IMG/VR virus record: IMGVR_UViG_3300045391_002864
Coordinates: 1 to 64,000 of that record
DNA from: a virus
Length of the DNA stretch: 64,000 nucleotides
Direction: 5' to 3' (one strand)
The notes beneath the pieces are model-generated. The model did no database searches. It saw only the letters and a program-made list of their open reading frames with translations, and was not told the origin of the DNA. This document shows, one piece after another, positions 18,317 through 26,401 of the stretch. Position 1 is the first letter of the stretch. Each line of letters opens with the position of its first letter. The position numbers were made by a program, and so were the translations under genes.

Positions 18317-18739
18317 TTAGCGGCCCCGGCTATTCCGGCCGCGAGGGCGCCGGGAGAAGCCGGACTCAGCCTCGGTGGCCTTCGGTGCTTCGGGCTCCTC
18401 GACAGGGATAGGGGCTTCATCTGCGGGCGGCTCAACGGGCACCTCGGCGGGCGCCTCGACGGGCACCTCCACGGGTGCCACGACGGGGATTCCATCGGCG
18501 TCCGCCGAGTTCACCACGGCGTCGTCCACAGGCTCGATCACGCGCACTTGCGTCGCCTCGATCTTCACAGCGACGTGCTTCCGCAGGAGCGCCATCTGGT
18601 CGGGCGTAACACGGTCGGCGATGTAGTCGCGTCCGCGATAGGCAAAGCCGACGCCGTCAAGCACGCCGCACGTCAGCCGGCGCGAGCGCCAGCGCAGATA
18701 GAGGGTCGAGGTTGGCTTGATCGTGGCGACGAAATACAC
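18317..18739 (-). CDS. hypothetical virion-cluster protein with acidic Pro/Glu/Val-rich tail
   Basis: AGGAG RBS before GTG at 18739. Confidence 0.5.
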   Translation of the reverse strand: MYFVATIKPTSTLYLRWRSRRLTCGVLDGVGFAYRGRDYIADRVTPDQMALLRKHVAVKIEATQVRVIEPVDDAVVNSADADGIPVVAPVEVPVEAPAEVPVEPPADEAPIPVEEPEAPKATEAESGFSRRPRGRNSRGR

Positions 18740-18878
18740 GGCGTTTGCTCCTAGCAAAGCGGAGGGAGTGATCGACGTTTATATGCCGGGTCGTCGATTG
18801 GCCTCAGAGCTACGGGTATTGACAATGACGTTAACGGCGTCCTATCGGCATATGACTTTACAAAGAAAGGTTGCGATT

Positions 18879-19733
18879 TTGACAATCCGTATTGAGTCAA
18901 GTGACGGGCAGGAGATTCCGTTCTCCGCCATGACGTTTTCTGGCGGCGAGCGGCACGTCCAGCTGTTGAAGGAAGACGACTTCGTGTCCCCGCCCAGCTT
19001 CGTTATGCGGGCTCTCCTGCACTCGAACGACGATATCTTTGATCTGCTTCTCCTGCGCAACGCGCTATCGAAGCGGTTCCCTGGCGCCCCGGTCGACGTC
19101 GAGATTCCGTATATGCCGTACGGCCGTCAGGACCGCGTCGCCGCGCCGGGGCAGGCGTTCTCGCTTAACGTAATGTCGGACATCCTGAAGACGGCCGACT
19201 TCCGCCACATGACGACCTGGGATTGCCACTCCTGGCGGACGCTGGCGCTGACCAAGGCGCGCAATATCGAGCCGCAGGAGATTATCCGGCGGTGCCCGGA
19301 GCTTGTGGCGCTGATCGAGGGCGAGGAATCCGTCCTCGTTAGCCCGGATGCCGGCGCTGCTTTGCGCACCAGGGCAGTATCTGATGCGTTCGGATGCAAG
19401 CGCTTCGTGCGCTGCGAGAAGCACCGCAATCCGTCCACCGGCCAGATCACTCACACATCGATCGAGGAATGCGACCTGACCGGGAAGACCGCGATCATCG
19501 TCGACGATATTTGCGACGGCGGATTCACGTTTTTAGAGGTCGCGAAACTGCTGAAGGGCAGGGGCGCCGAGCGTGTCATCCTCTACGTGACACACGGCAT
19601 TTTCTCGCGCGGCCTGAAAGTATTCACGGGCCTCGTCGACCGCGTATTCGCGAGCACGAGCTTTTGGCCGCTCGACCCGGCCGTGACCTCGATCGACTTC
19701 AAATACGACTTCAAAGGAGAGCTTCCGCTATGA
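18879..19733 (+). CDS. prs: PRPP-synthetase-like pyrophosphokinase; probable NARP1 Adps
   Basis: FSGGE, PYMPYGRQDR, DCHS, VSPDAGA, IIVDDICDGGFTF, VTHGIFS; TTG start after GAAAGG. Symbol is family-level only. Confidence 0.85.
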   Translation: MTIRIESSDGQEIPFSAMTFSGGERHVQLLKEDDFVSPPSFVMRALLHSNDDIFDLLLLRNALSKRFPGAPVDVEIPYMPYGRQDRVAAPGQAFSLNVMSDILKTADFRHMTTWDCHSWRTLALTKARNIEPQEIIRRCPELVALIEGEESVLVSPDAGAALRTRAVSDAFGCKRFVRCEKHRNPSTGQITHTSIEECDLTGKTAIIVDDICDGGFTFLEVAKLLKGRGAERVILYVTHGIFSRGLKVFTGLVDRVFASTSFWPLDPAVTSIDFKYDFKGELPL

Positions 19734-21292
19734 GAATCCGCCCCGCGCACGCGATCGACTTCTATAAGGCCGACCATCGCCGCCAGTATCCCGCCGGCAC
19801 CGAGTTCGTGTACTCAAACCTGACGCCCCGGTCATGCCGGCTCGCCCCTGTCCTCGATACCCACGATGGAAAGGTCGTCGTCCTCGGCCTGCAAGGGATT
19901 CTGAAGGACTTCTTCATTGAGACGTGGAACGAGAATTTTTTCCTCAAGTCGCGCCATATCGTCGTCACCGAGTACAAGCAGCTAGTCGATGATGCTCTCG
20001 GCGTCGACGCGGTTCCAGTGGAGCATATCGGAGCGCTGCATGATCTTGGGTACTTGCCCCTGCTCATCAAAGCGCTTCCCGAGGGCTCGCGGATCAAGAC
20101 GAAGATTCCGTTCCTGACGATCCGGAACACCCATCCAGACTTCTTCTGGCTGGTGAACTACGTCGAGACCGTCCTGAGTTCTGAAGGGTGGAAGACGCCG
20201 ACAGCGGCGACGATCGCCTACGAGTTCAACCGCATGCTCCGCGCGTTCGCCAAGCTGACCGGCGCCGATCCTGCCTTTGTTCCGGTGCAGGGCCATGACT
20301 TCTCGTTCCGAGGGATGTCTGGCCTGCACGATGCGGCGCGGACTGGCCTGGGCCATCTGTCGAGCTTCATCGGCACGGACACCGCGCCCGCGATCGACTA
20401 TGCCCGCGACTATTACGCCGCAGAGGGCGTGATCGGCATCTCAGTTCCTGCGACCGAGCACAGTGTCATGTGCATGGGCACGAAGGAGGGCGAGATCGAG
20501 ACATTCCGCCGGCTGATCTGCGACCTGTACCCGGCTGGCATCGTCAGCATCGTGTCGGACACATGGGATTTCTGGAAGGTCGTTACCGAGTACACGGTGC
20601 ATCTGAAGGACGAGATTTTGGCCCGGAAGCCGAACGCCCTCGGTCTGGCGAAAGTTGTTCTACGCCCCGACAGCGGCGACCCGGTCAAAATCATCTGCGG
20701 TGATCCGGATGCGCCGGCCGGGAGCCCGCAGCGCAAAGGCGCCGTCGAGTGCCTTTGGGACGTCTTTGGTGGCACCACGACCGACCAGGGCTATCAGGTT
20801 CTGCATGAGCGTATCGGGCTGATCTACGGTGACTCCATCACGCTTCAGCGGGCGTACGCCATCCTTGTCGGTCTGGCGGCGAAGGGGTTCGCTTCGTCGA
20901 ACATCGTATTCGGCATCGGCAGCTTCACTTACCAGATGATCAGCCGCGACTCCTTTGGCACAGCGATGAAGGCGACCTGGGGCGTCGTCAACGGCGAGAA
21001 GCGCGCGATCTTCAAAGACCCGATCACGGATGACGGGCAGAAGAAGTCGGCGAAGGGCCTGCTGCGCGTGGAGAAGGTCGGCGGTGATTTCGTCCTGCAC
21101 GATGATCAGCCCGTGTGGCAGGAGGAGCGCGGCGAACTCCGAACTGTGTTCAAGGATAGCCGCATGGTCGGCCCGGAGGAGACGCTGGACGGCATCAGAG
21201 ACAGGATCGCCGCATCGCTTGCAGAGGATGACTTCAAGGACATCCTCGATAAAGCGCTCGGAGACATCGTTCGGACGCTGACTGTTCTTTAA
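19730..21292 (+). CDS. nadV: nicotinamide phosphoribosyltransferase-like; probable NARP1 Namat
   Basis: DFYKADH..QYP, HDFSFRG, SVPATEHSVM, SIVSDTWD, RPDSGDP, LIYGD, KKSAKG; ATGA-coupled to the upstream gene. Symbol is family-level only. Confidence 0.9.
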   Translation: MRIRPAHAIDFYKADHRRQYPAGTEFVYSNLTPRSCRLAPVLDTHDGKVVVLGLQGILKDFFIETWNENFFLKSRHIVVTEYKQLVDDALGVDAVPVEHIGALHDLGYLPLLIKALPEGSRIKTKIPFLTIRNTHPDFFWLVNYVETVLSSEGWKTPTAATIAYEFNRMLRAFAKLTGADPAFVPVQGHDFSFRGMSGLHDAARTGLGHLSSFIGTDTAPAIDYARDYYAAEGVIGISVPATEHSVMCMGTKEGEIETFRRLICDLYPAGIVSIVSDTWDFWKVVTEYTVHLKDEILARKPNALGLAKVVLRPDSGDPVKIICGDPDAPAGSPQRKGAVECLWDVFGGTTTDQGYQVLHERIGLIYGDSITLQRAYAILVGLAAKGFASSNIVFGIGSFTYQMISRDSFGTAMKATWGVVNGEKRAIFKDPITDDGQKKSAKGLLRVEKVGGDFVLHDDQPVWQEERGELRTVFKDSRMVGPEETLDGIRDRIAASLAEDDFKDILDKALGDIVRTLTVL

Positions 21293-21293
21293 C

Positions 21294-21324
21294 AAAAAAG
21301 CCCCGGAGTGATCCGGGGCTTTTC
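21294..21324. terminator. bidirectional intrinsic terminator
   Basis: AAAAGCCCCGGA-GTGA-TCCGGGGCTTTT between the convergent NAMPT-like and capsid genes. Confidence 0.85.
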
Positions 21325-21343
21325 TTCGTCAAGGGCATTGCCC

Positions 21344-23131
21344 TTAGTTGTTTGCCGAGAGCGGGTTGAAGCTCGGGTTGTCGGCCACGTAGCCCTGGAT
21401 CATGGCGTGGAAGCGCGGGATACGGACGCGCGGGGCGCCGATCATCGCAACTGCCCAAGGCATATACAGGTTCTGCGCGAAGAGTTCGATCTTCGTCAGC
21501 GGCAGCAGGTAGCGGAAATCGAGCGCGTTGTCCTCGTCGGACAAGTCGAGCAAGAAGATGTTCTCGCTGCCGGGGATGTACGTGTTGAAGTCGGTGAACG
21601 TCACCGCGTACGAACCATTCGCCAGCACGGTCCCGATGTACCGGAACGAGTACGGGGTATTGGCGGCGCCGGTCTTGGCGTACCCATTGCCCGAGCGATA
21701 CACGCGGTAGGCGTAGGCCGTGTTGTCGGTGGGCGGGGTGATGGTCAGCTGCACGGCGCCATCGACGGCGATCGTGGTCACGGGCGCGGTGTAGGACAGA
21801 ACGGACTCGTTCATGTACTCATCGCAAGACGCCACGGCGTAGACGTACGACGGGGTGGTGGTGTAGGCGGTGGTCCAGGCGCTGCCGGAGGCGCCTGCCA
21901 GGACGGCCGCAGTCACCGTGTAAGGCGGCGTCGGGTCCGTCATGGTGGCATTGTTGGTGCCATTGCCGTTAAGGATCGCCTGCGCAGGCATGTCACGGGC
22001 GCTGATGAACAGATCGAGGACGAACTGGATCAGGCCGAACCGGGTCTGCATGCCCTGGAGATCGCCGTTCACGGTGATGCCGCGCCGATCAGCGCTGCCG
22101 CGACCGATGTCGATCGAGACGATGTTGTTCAGGTTGGTGGTCACAAGGCTCTGGAGCGAGGCGTTCGCGTCCGGAGTCATGAAGGCGTGGGTGATGCGAC
22201 CGAAGTTGCCGTAGCTGGTGATCTGCGCGGCGGCTTCGTAGATCAGGTTGAACAGACCCTGCGCGGCCGACCAGCCTTGCGTGGCGCCGTAGGACGTGTA
22301 CCATTCCTGATAGTTGAAGACGTTCTGCGTCGGGATCATCGAGGCCAGACCGGCGAACTGCATCGGGTACAGCGCCTGATTACCCCAGTACATCGCCCAG
22401 TCGACGGTCGACAGAATGGACAGTGCACTGTTCGTCGATTCCTGAACGGCGATGTCGACGAAGGAGTTCTGCGCCGCGAGGGCGGTCGTCATCGCGCGGC
22501 CATTGACCATGAGCGCGAGATTGACTTCCTTCAGCATGTAGTCGCCCGTGGTCGTCGACAGCGTGCCGCTCTGCACGTTGCCGAAGCCCTGGAAGGCCGT
22601 GCCCGGCAGGCCGGCGCCGAGGTTGTCGATATACGCCCAGTAGTCGGTGATCTGATTCGCACGGCTCTTGTTCAGCGCCTGATACAGCGTGAAGCTGTTC
22701 GGCCGCACGGTGGCGCGGGCCAGCTGGGTATCCAGCGACACGTAGCCGAGAGACTGACCGCCCGTTACGGTCGTCAGGTTCGTCATGCCGCCGACGTCGA
22801 GGACGGACTTGGCGATGGCGCCGGACTTGACCATGTCCTCGTGGTTCCACTGGCGCCCGTCAGGGCCGGTGCGCTGGTAGAAGCCCGGATTGGTGCGGAA
22901 CGCCTTGGACATCGCGTTCGCTTGGTGCATGTGCATCTCGCCCTTCGCGAGCATTTCCTGCGCCCCGGCGCTGTGCGCACCGGGATTCAGAAGCTCGTGG
23001 AAGACGGACGCCATCTGGTCGCCGACCGGGGCGCGTGCCAGGACGCTCAGAGCCTGCGCCTGGGCCTTCGCCACCGCCATGCGCTGGACGTTCGCCGGAA
23101 CGTAGGGATTATCGTGTGCGAATTGAGACAT
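21344..23131 (-). CDS. major capsid protein
   Basis: Follows protease and scaffold; SLDTQL, VDWAMYWGN..QFAGL; strong codon bias; N-terminal KS/KA-rich leader. Confidence 0.8.
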   Translation of the reverse strand: MSQFAHDNPYVPANVQRMAVAKAQAQALSVLARAPVGDQMASVFHELLNPGAHSAGAQEMLAKGEMHMHQANAMSKAFRTNPGFYQRTGPDGRQWNHEDMVKSGAIAKSVLDVGGMTNLTTVTGGQSLGYVSLDTQLARATVRPNSFTLYQALNKSRANQITDYWAYIDNLGAGLPGTAFQGFGNVQSGTLSTTTGDYMLKEVNLALMVNGRAMTTALAAQNSFVDIAVQESTNSALSILSTVDWAMYWGNQALYPMQFAGLASMIPTQNVFNYQEWYTSYGATQGWSAAQGLFNLIYEAAAQITSYGNFGRITHAFMTPDANASLQSLVTTNLNNIVSIDIGRGSADRRGITVNGDLQGMQTRFGLIQFVLDLFISARDMPAQAILNGNGTNNATMTDPTPPYTVTAAVLAGASGSAWTTAYTTTPSYVYAVASCDEYMNESVLSYTAPVTTIAVDGAVQLTITPPTDNTAYAYRVYRSGNGYAKTGAANTPYSFRYIGTVLANGSYAVTFTDFNTYIPGSENIFLLDLSDEDNALDFRYLLPLTKIELFAQNLYMPWAVAMIGAPRVRIPRFHAMIQGYVADNPSFNPLSANN

Positions 23132-23155
23132 TGATTGAGCCTGTGTTCCTGTTTG

Positions 23156-24358
23156 TTACGCGAACGACTTCACGATTTCGCGGACGCGATCGGTGGTGAC
23201 GCGCAGTTTTGCTTCCACGACGCCGTGCGGAACGATGCCGTCGCGGGCGCCCTTGGCGATGGTGATGAGGTCGAGAGCGGCAGCGCACTCGTTCTCGGTG
23301 ATCTCGCCGCTATCGCGCTTGGCGAAAATGACGGCTTCCGGGTTCGCGGACTTCGCCACGGCCTCGGCCACGTTCGGGACCGACTTGGCGATGGACGCCA
23401 GCGGCTTGCTGCCCTGGAGGATGTCGATGATGTCGCTCATCTTGCCCTTCAGGATGTCATGACCGGCGACGGCGGCCTCGATCTTCGACAGCACATCCGG
23501 CGGAACGATCGACTTCGCGGTCTCCCCGGTGTTCTCCGGCTTGTCCTCTTCCGGGGTATCGTCGGCTTTTGCGACCTTGGACTTGGCGGCTTCGCCCTCG
23601 TCCTTGTCCTCGCAATCTTCCTTCATATCCTCGATGGACTTGGCGACGGCCTGAATGCCGGCATGGGCCGGCGCGAGGGCCAGCGCGGCGCCGATCAGGG
23701 TGCTCGCCTTCACCAGCGCTTCGGCGGCCTGGAAGCGGGCCATGTCAGCGGACTTGCCCATCTTGGCGGCCTGCATGGACTTGGCGGTTTCGAGCTTGGA
23801 CTTGGCGGTGGCGACCAGGGGCTTCACTTCGGCCATGATCGGAGCGACAGACTTGGCGCAGCCGGGGAAGGTGTCCGGCTCCTCCATGGTGTCCTCGGTC
23901 TTGCCGACCTCTTTGTCCTTCTCCTCGTCATCCGCTTTCGCGAGACTGATGACGGCGGCCTTGATGACGTCCATCTCCGCGCGATGCAGGTTGAGCGACT
24001 TCGCGACGTTGCGGATGGTGGTGATCAGTTCGCCGAGTTTTTCGGCGTCCAACTGACTGCCCTTCTGCCGGGCGAAATCGGAATGCGCAGCGGCGCGCTC
24101 GGGCTCAACGCCCCCGGAGGCTTCCTGCGAGGGGCCGACGAGGATTTCGCCCCGGTTTTGGGTGCCGCTGGTGTCGGCCGACCACAAATCCTTGATCGCA
24201 TCGGCCAACAGGCCATCGGATTCGGGAAGCTCGGACTTCACGGTGGCATCGCCCAGGATATCGGCAAAGTCCTGCGGCTTGCCGGACTTGGCGAGGAAAG
24301 TGACGAGACGGTTGAACACGCTATTGCGGTCGGCCGCCGGGGAGGTTTTGACAGTCAT
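23156..24358 (-). CDS. capsid scaffold-like protein
   Basis: Charged helical protein between protease and capsid with more than 15 xAKS/xxKA motifs. Confidence 0.65.
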   Translation of the reverse strand: MTVKTSPAADRNSVFNRLVTFLAKSGKPQDFADILGDATVKSELPESDGLLADAIKDLWSADTSGTQNRGEILVGPSQEASGGVEPERAAAHSDFARQKGSQLDAEKLGELITTIRNVAKSLNLHRAEMDVIKAAVISLAKADDEEKDKEVGKTEDTMEEPDTFPGCAKSVAPIMAEVKPLVATAKSKLETAKSMQAAKMGKSADMARFQAAEALVKASTLIGAALALAPAHAGIQAVAKSIEDMKEDCEDKDEGEAAKSKVAKADDTPEEDKPENTGETAKSIVPPDVLSKIEAAVAGHDILKGKMSDIIDILQGSKPLASIAKSVPNVAEAVAKSANPEAVIFAKRDSGEITENECAAALDLITIAKGARDGIVPHGVVEAKLRVTTDRVREIVKSFA

Positions 24359-24443
24359 ACTAGCGCCTGTATTCCTTCGAAAAGCGGCGCTGACGGCCGC
24401 AGGAGCAATTGGCGACAAACTATGGGGCAGGACCGGGTTATCC

Positions 24444-25241
24444 CTAGACCATCCTCAAAGATTTCCGCATGAGCGCGTTGGCAATGATGCCGGCCTGACC
24501 TTCATCAACGCCGAGACACTTTACAAAGTGATTTCGGTACGCTGAAGTTGAAGGAAATTGATGGCACTTACACGTTTCACATACAGAATGTGATTTCGCA
24601 GTTTCCATGTCCGTGATCTGGACTGGATACGACTTTACAAGCTCCGCCATATACGATTTCGCCGTCACGACTTTTGCAGCGTGAATAATGCTGTCGTTCA
24701 CCGGCCGGCGAGTGAACGCCAGGGACCGCCATTCGAAGCCTCTGATGAGGTAGCGAGTAGCGCCGTACGGGCCGGGCTGTCCGTCGAATACATCGATACC
24801 GCCTTCGGTCGGAAAGCCGTACACGGACGCGCGCCAGACGACCGGCGGATTGCACGTCAGCGATTCCCAAAATTCATCGTACTTGTGATCCTGCGGCCGG
24901 CTAACACCGTCTGCGGAGCGGCTGATCTCGCCGACAACGCCCGTCCGGCCGCCGCCCAAGTCTTTGACTTCCGTGGGGCGGCCGATGATGTAGGACGCGG
25001 GATTGCGGATGCCCATGCGCTCGCCGAACTCAGACAAGTGATCGATGTCGAGTGCGCCTGTTGCGATGAACTCAGGCGCGGCCTTCATAAGCGCGGACTG
25101 AAGGATGACGTCGCCCTGCGAGTCGACTTGCTCGTTACTGGCCTCGACTTCCACGAGGCGGCGATCTCCGTCAGTGCGGGCCTTAATGATGACGGGTACG
25201 TTGACGACGAGGGCGTCGTGTTTCACTTGCGGCGGCTCCAT
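24444..25241 (-). CDS. prohead protease
   Basis: ASNEQVDSQGDVI, DIDH, ASVYG, SLAFTRRPVN (HK97-type protease pattern). Confidence 0.75.
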   Translation of the reverse strand: MEPPQVKHDALVVNVPVIIKARTDGDRRLVEVEASNEQVDSQGDVILQSALMKAAPEFIATGALDIDHLSEFGERMGIRNPASYIIGRPTEVKDLGGGRTGVVGEISRSADGVSRPQDHKYDEFWESLTCNPPVVWRASVYGFPTEGGIDVFDGQPGPYGATRYLIRGFEWRSLAFTRRPVNDSIIHAAKVVTAKSYMAELVKSYPVQITDMETAKSHSVCETCKCHQFPSTSAYRNHFVKCLGVDEGQAGIIANALMRKSLRMV

Positions 25242-25894
25242 CTTGCGACCGCTTTCTCGACGAAGCTCTTATCCAGATCGATGTCCTCGAACCGTTCCGG
25301 CCCTAAGAGCAGCCGATCGGCATAAGGACTGATCGTCCGTAAATCGCGGTCTTGCTTGGAATAAGATAACGTGATGTGAGGCGCGTACTCAGACCAATCC
25401 CAGGACGCGCCCAGGCGCCGGAATTGCTGGTGACGCTGTTGAAGCTCCGGGGAGCGGATTTTCAAAACGGTGGCAGACTTGTCCTGCCCGAAAGCATCGA
25501 GGGAGCGAGTGTGGTCAGGCGCAATGTGGACTTCCTGCGCGCCCTTGCCCATGGCCTGCCAGTTCACCGGCTCTCGGGAGTACGCGATGGTGACGTGCAT
25601 GTCCTCGGGTCCGATCATCGGACTGAGTCCCTGCCGGCGGAAATGCCGGATTACCTCGTCAGCGTTTAGAACGGGCCGGCTGACATAGAGAGGCGCAACG
25701 TCGGCTTTTGCGAGGGCCAGCATGTCGAGCGCGATGTCGCGCGTTTTCGCTGATATGATATGTGCCACGCCTGCGCCTTTAGGAAACGACTTCAGAATCT
25801 CTCGTTTGCCGATGCGGAGACGGACGAGGGCGGGCGCGCCCTCGTGGACATGCAACCTGTATCCTGTGGAAGTCTCAAAAAGTGACGCCGGCAT
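25223..25894 (-). CDS. 2H phosphodiesterase, Acb1 (anti-CBASS)-like
   Basis: Two HxT motifs: MHVTIAYS and YAPHITLSY, with LQQRH...GASWDW between them. Confidence 0.8.
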   Translation of the reverse strand: MPASLFETSTGYRLHVHEGAPALVRLRIGKREILKSFPKGAGVAHIISAKTRDIALDMLALAKADVAPLYVSRPVLNADEVIRHFRRQGLSPMIGPEDMHVTIAYSREPVNWQAMGKGAQEVHIAPDHTRSLDAFGQDKSATVLKIRSPELQQRHQQFRRLGASWDWSEYAPHITLSYSKQDRDLRTISPYADRLLLGPERFEDIDLDKSFVEKAVARWSRRK

Positions 25895-25939
25895 AGGAGA
25901 CCCTATACCGGCGTGACGATCTATTCCTGAGAGTATTGC

Positions 25940-26401
25940 TTAATTTGGGGAGACGGATTCGCATCTAAGGATGGAGCGCGATTTGTTTCTAGCGAATCGG
26001 TCAAACTTTACAAACCAGTCATCCATTGTCAGGCGTTCGGCGTGAAGCGCCCACCAGCCGTCGCCCTTCTTACTGTTGCGGACCTCGCCGTCGACCCACT
26101 CCATTAGCTCCTCGCCGTCTTGCTCATCACCGAAAGTCGCGTGGTACGACATTTCGATAATGAGTTCGCGCCGGTTAGCTGCGGCAAGAAGCTCGTACTT
26201 CGCCTTCTGGTAATTCAGGCAAAGCCAGATCGTGTTCTCGGGATTGGCGGTGCAGTTTTTGCACTTGCACCGCCGGGCCTCGAAAAGCATCCTCTTCCGC
26301 TCGAAAATATCCCTCTGGCGATTCCAGCTTCCGCAATAGTGGCAGTCGCAGGAATCGTCATCGGTGATATCGTAGTGGTCGATTAGCCTACGCGCCGTCA
26401 T
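25940..26401 (-). CDS. Cys-rich hypothetical protein
   Basis: CDCHYC and CKCKNC motifs. Confidence 0.5.
   Translation of the reverse strand: MTARRLIDHYDITDDDSCDCHYCGSWNRQRDIFERKRMLFEARRCKCKNCTANPENTIWLCLNYQKAKYELLAAANRRELIIEMSYHATFGDEQDGEELMEWVDGEVRNSKKGDGWWALHAERLTMDDWFVKFDRFARNKSRSILRCESVSPN

Noticed and set aside
19394-19729. N-terminal extension of the NAMPT-like ORF in the track
   Set aside because: Overlaps the PRPS-like gene; AAGGAG RBS and ATGA overlap support a start at 19730
21308-24472. 608-aa and 445-aa plus-strand ORFs
   Set aside because: Antisense mirrors of the capsid and scaffold genes
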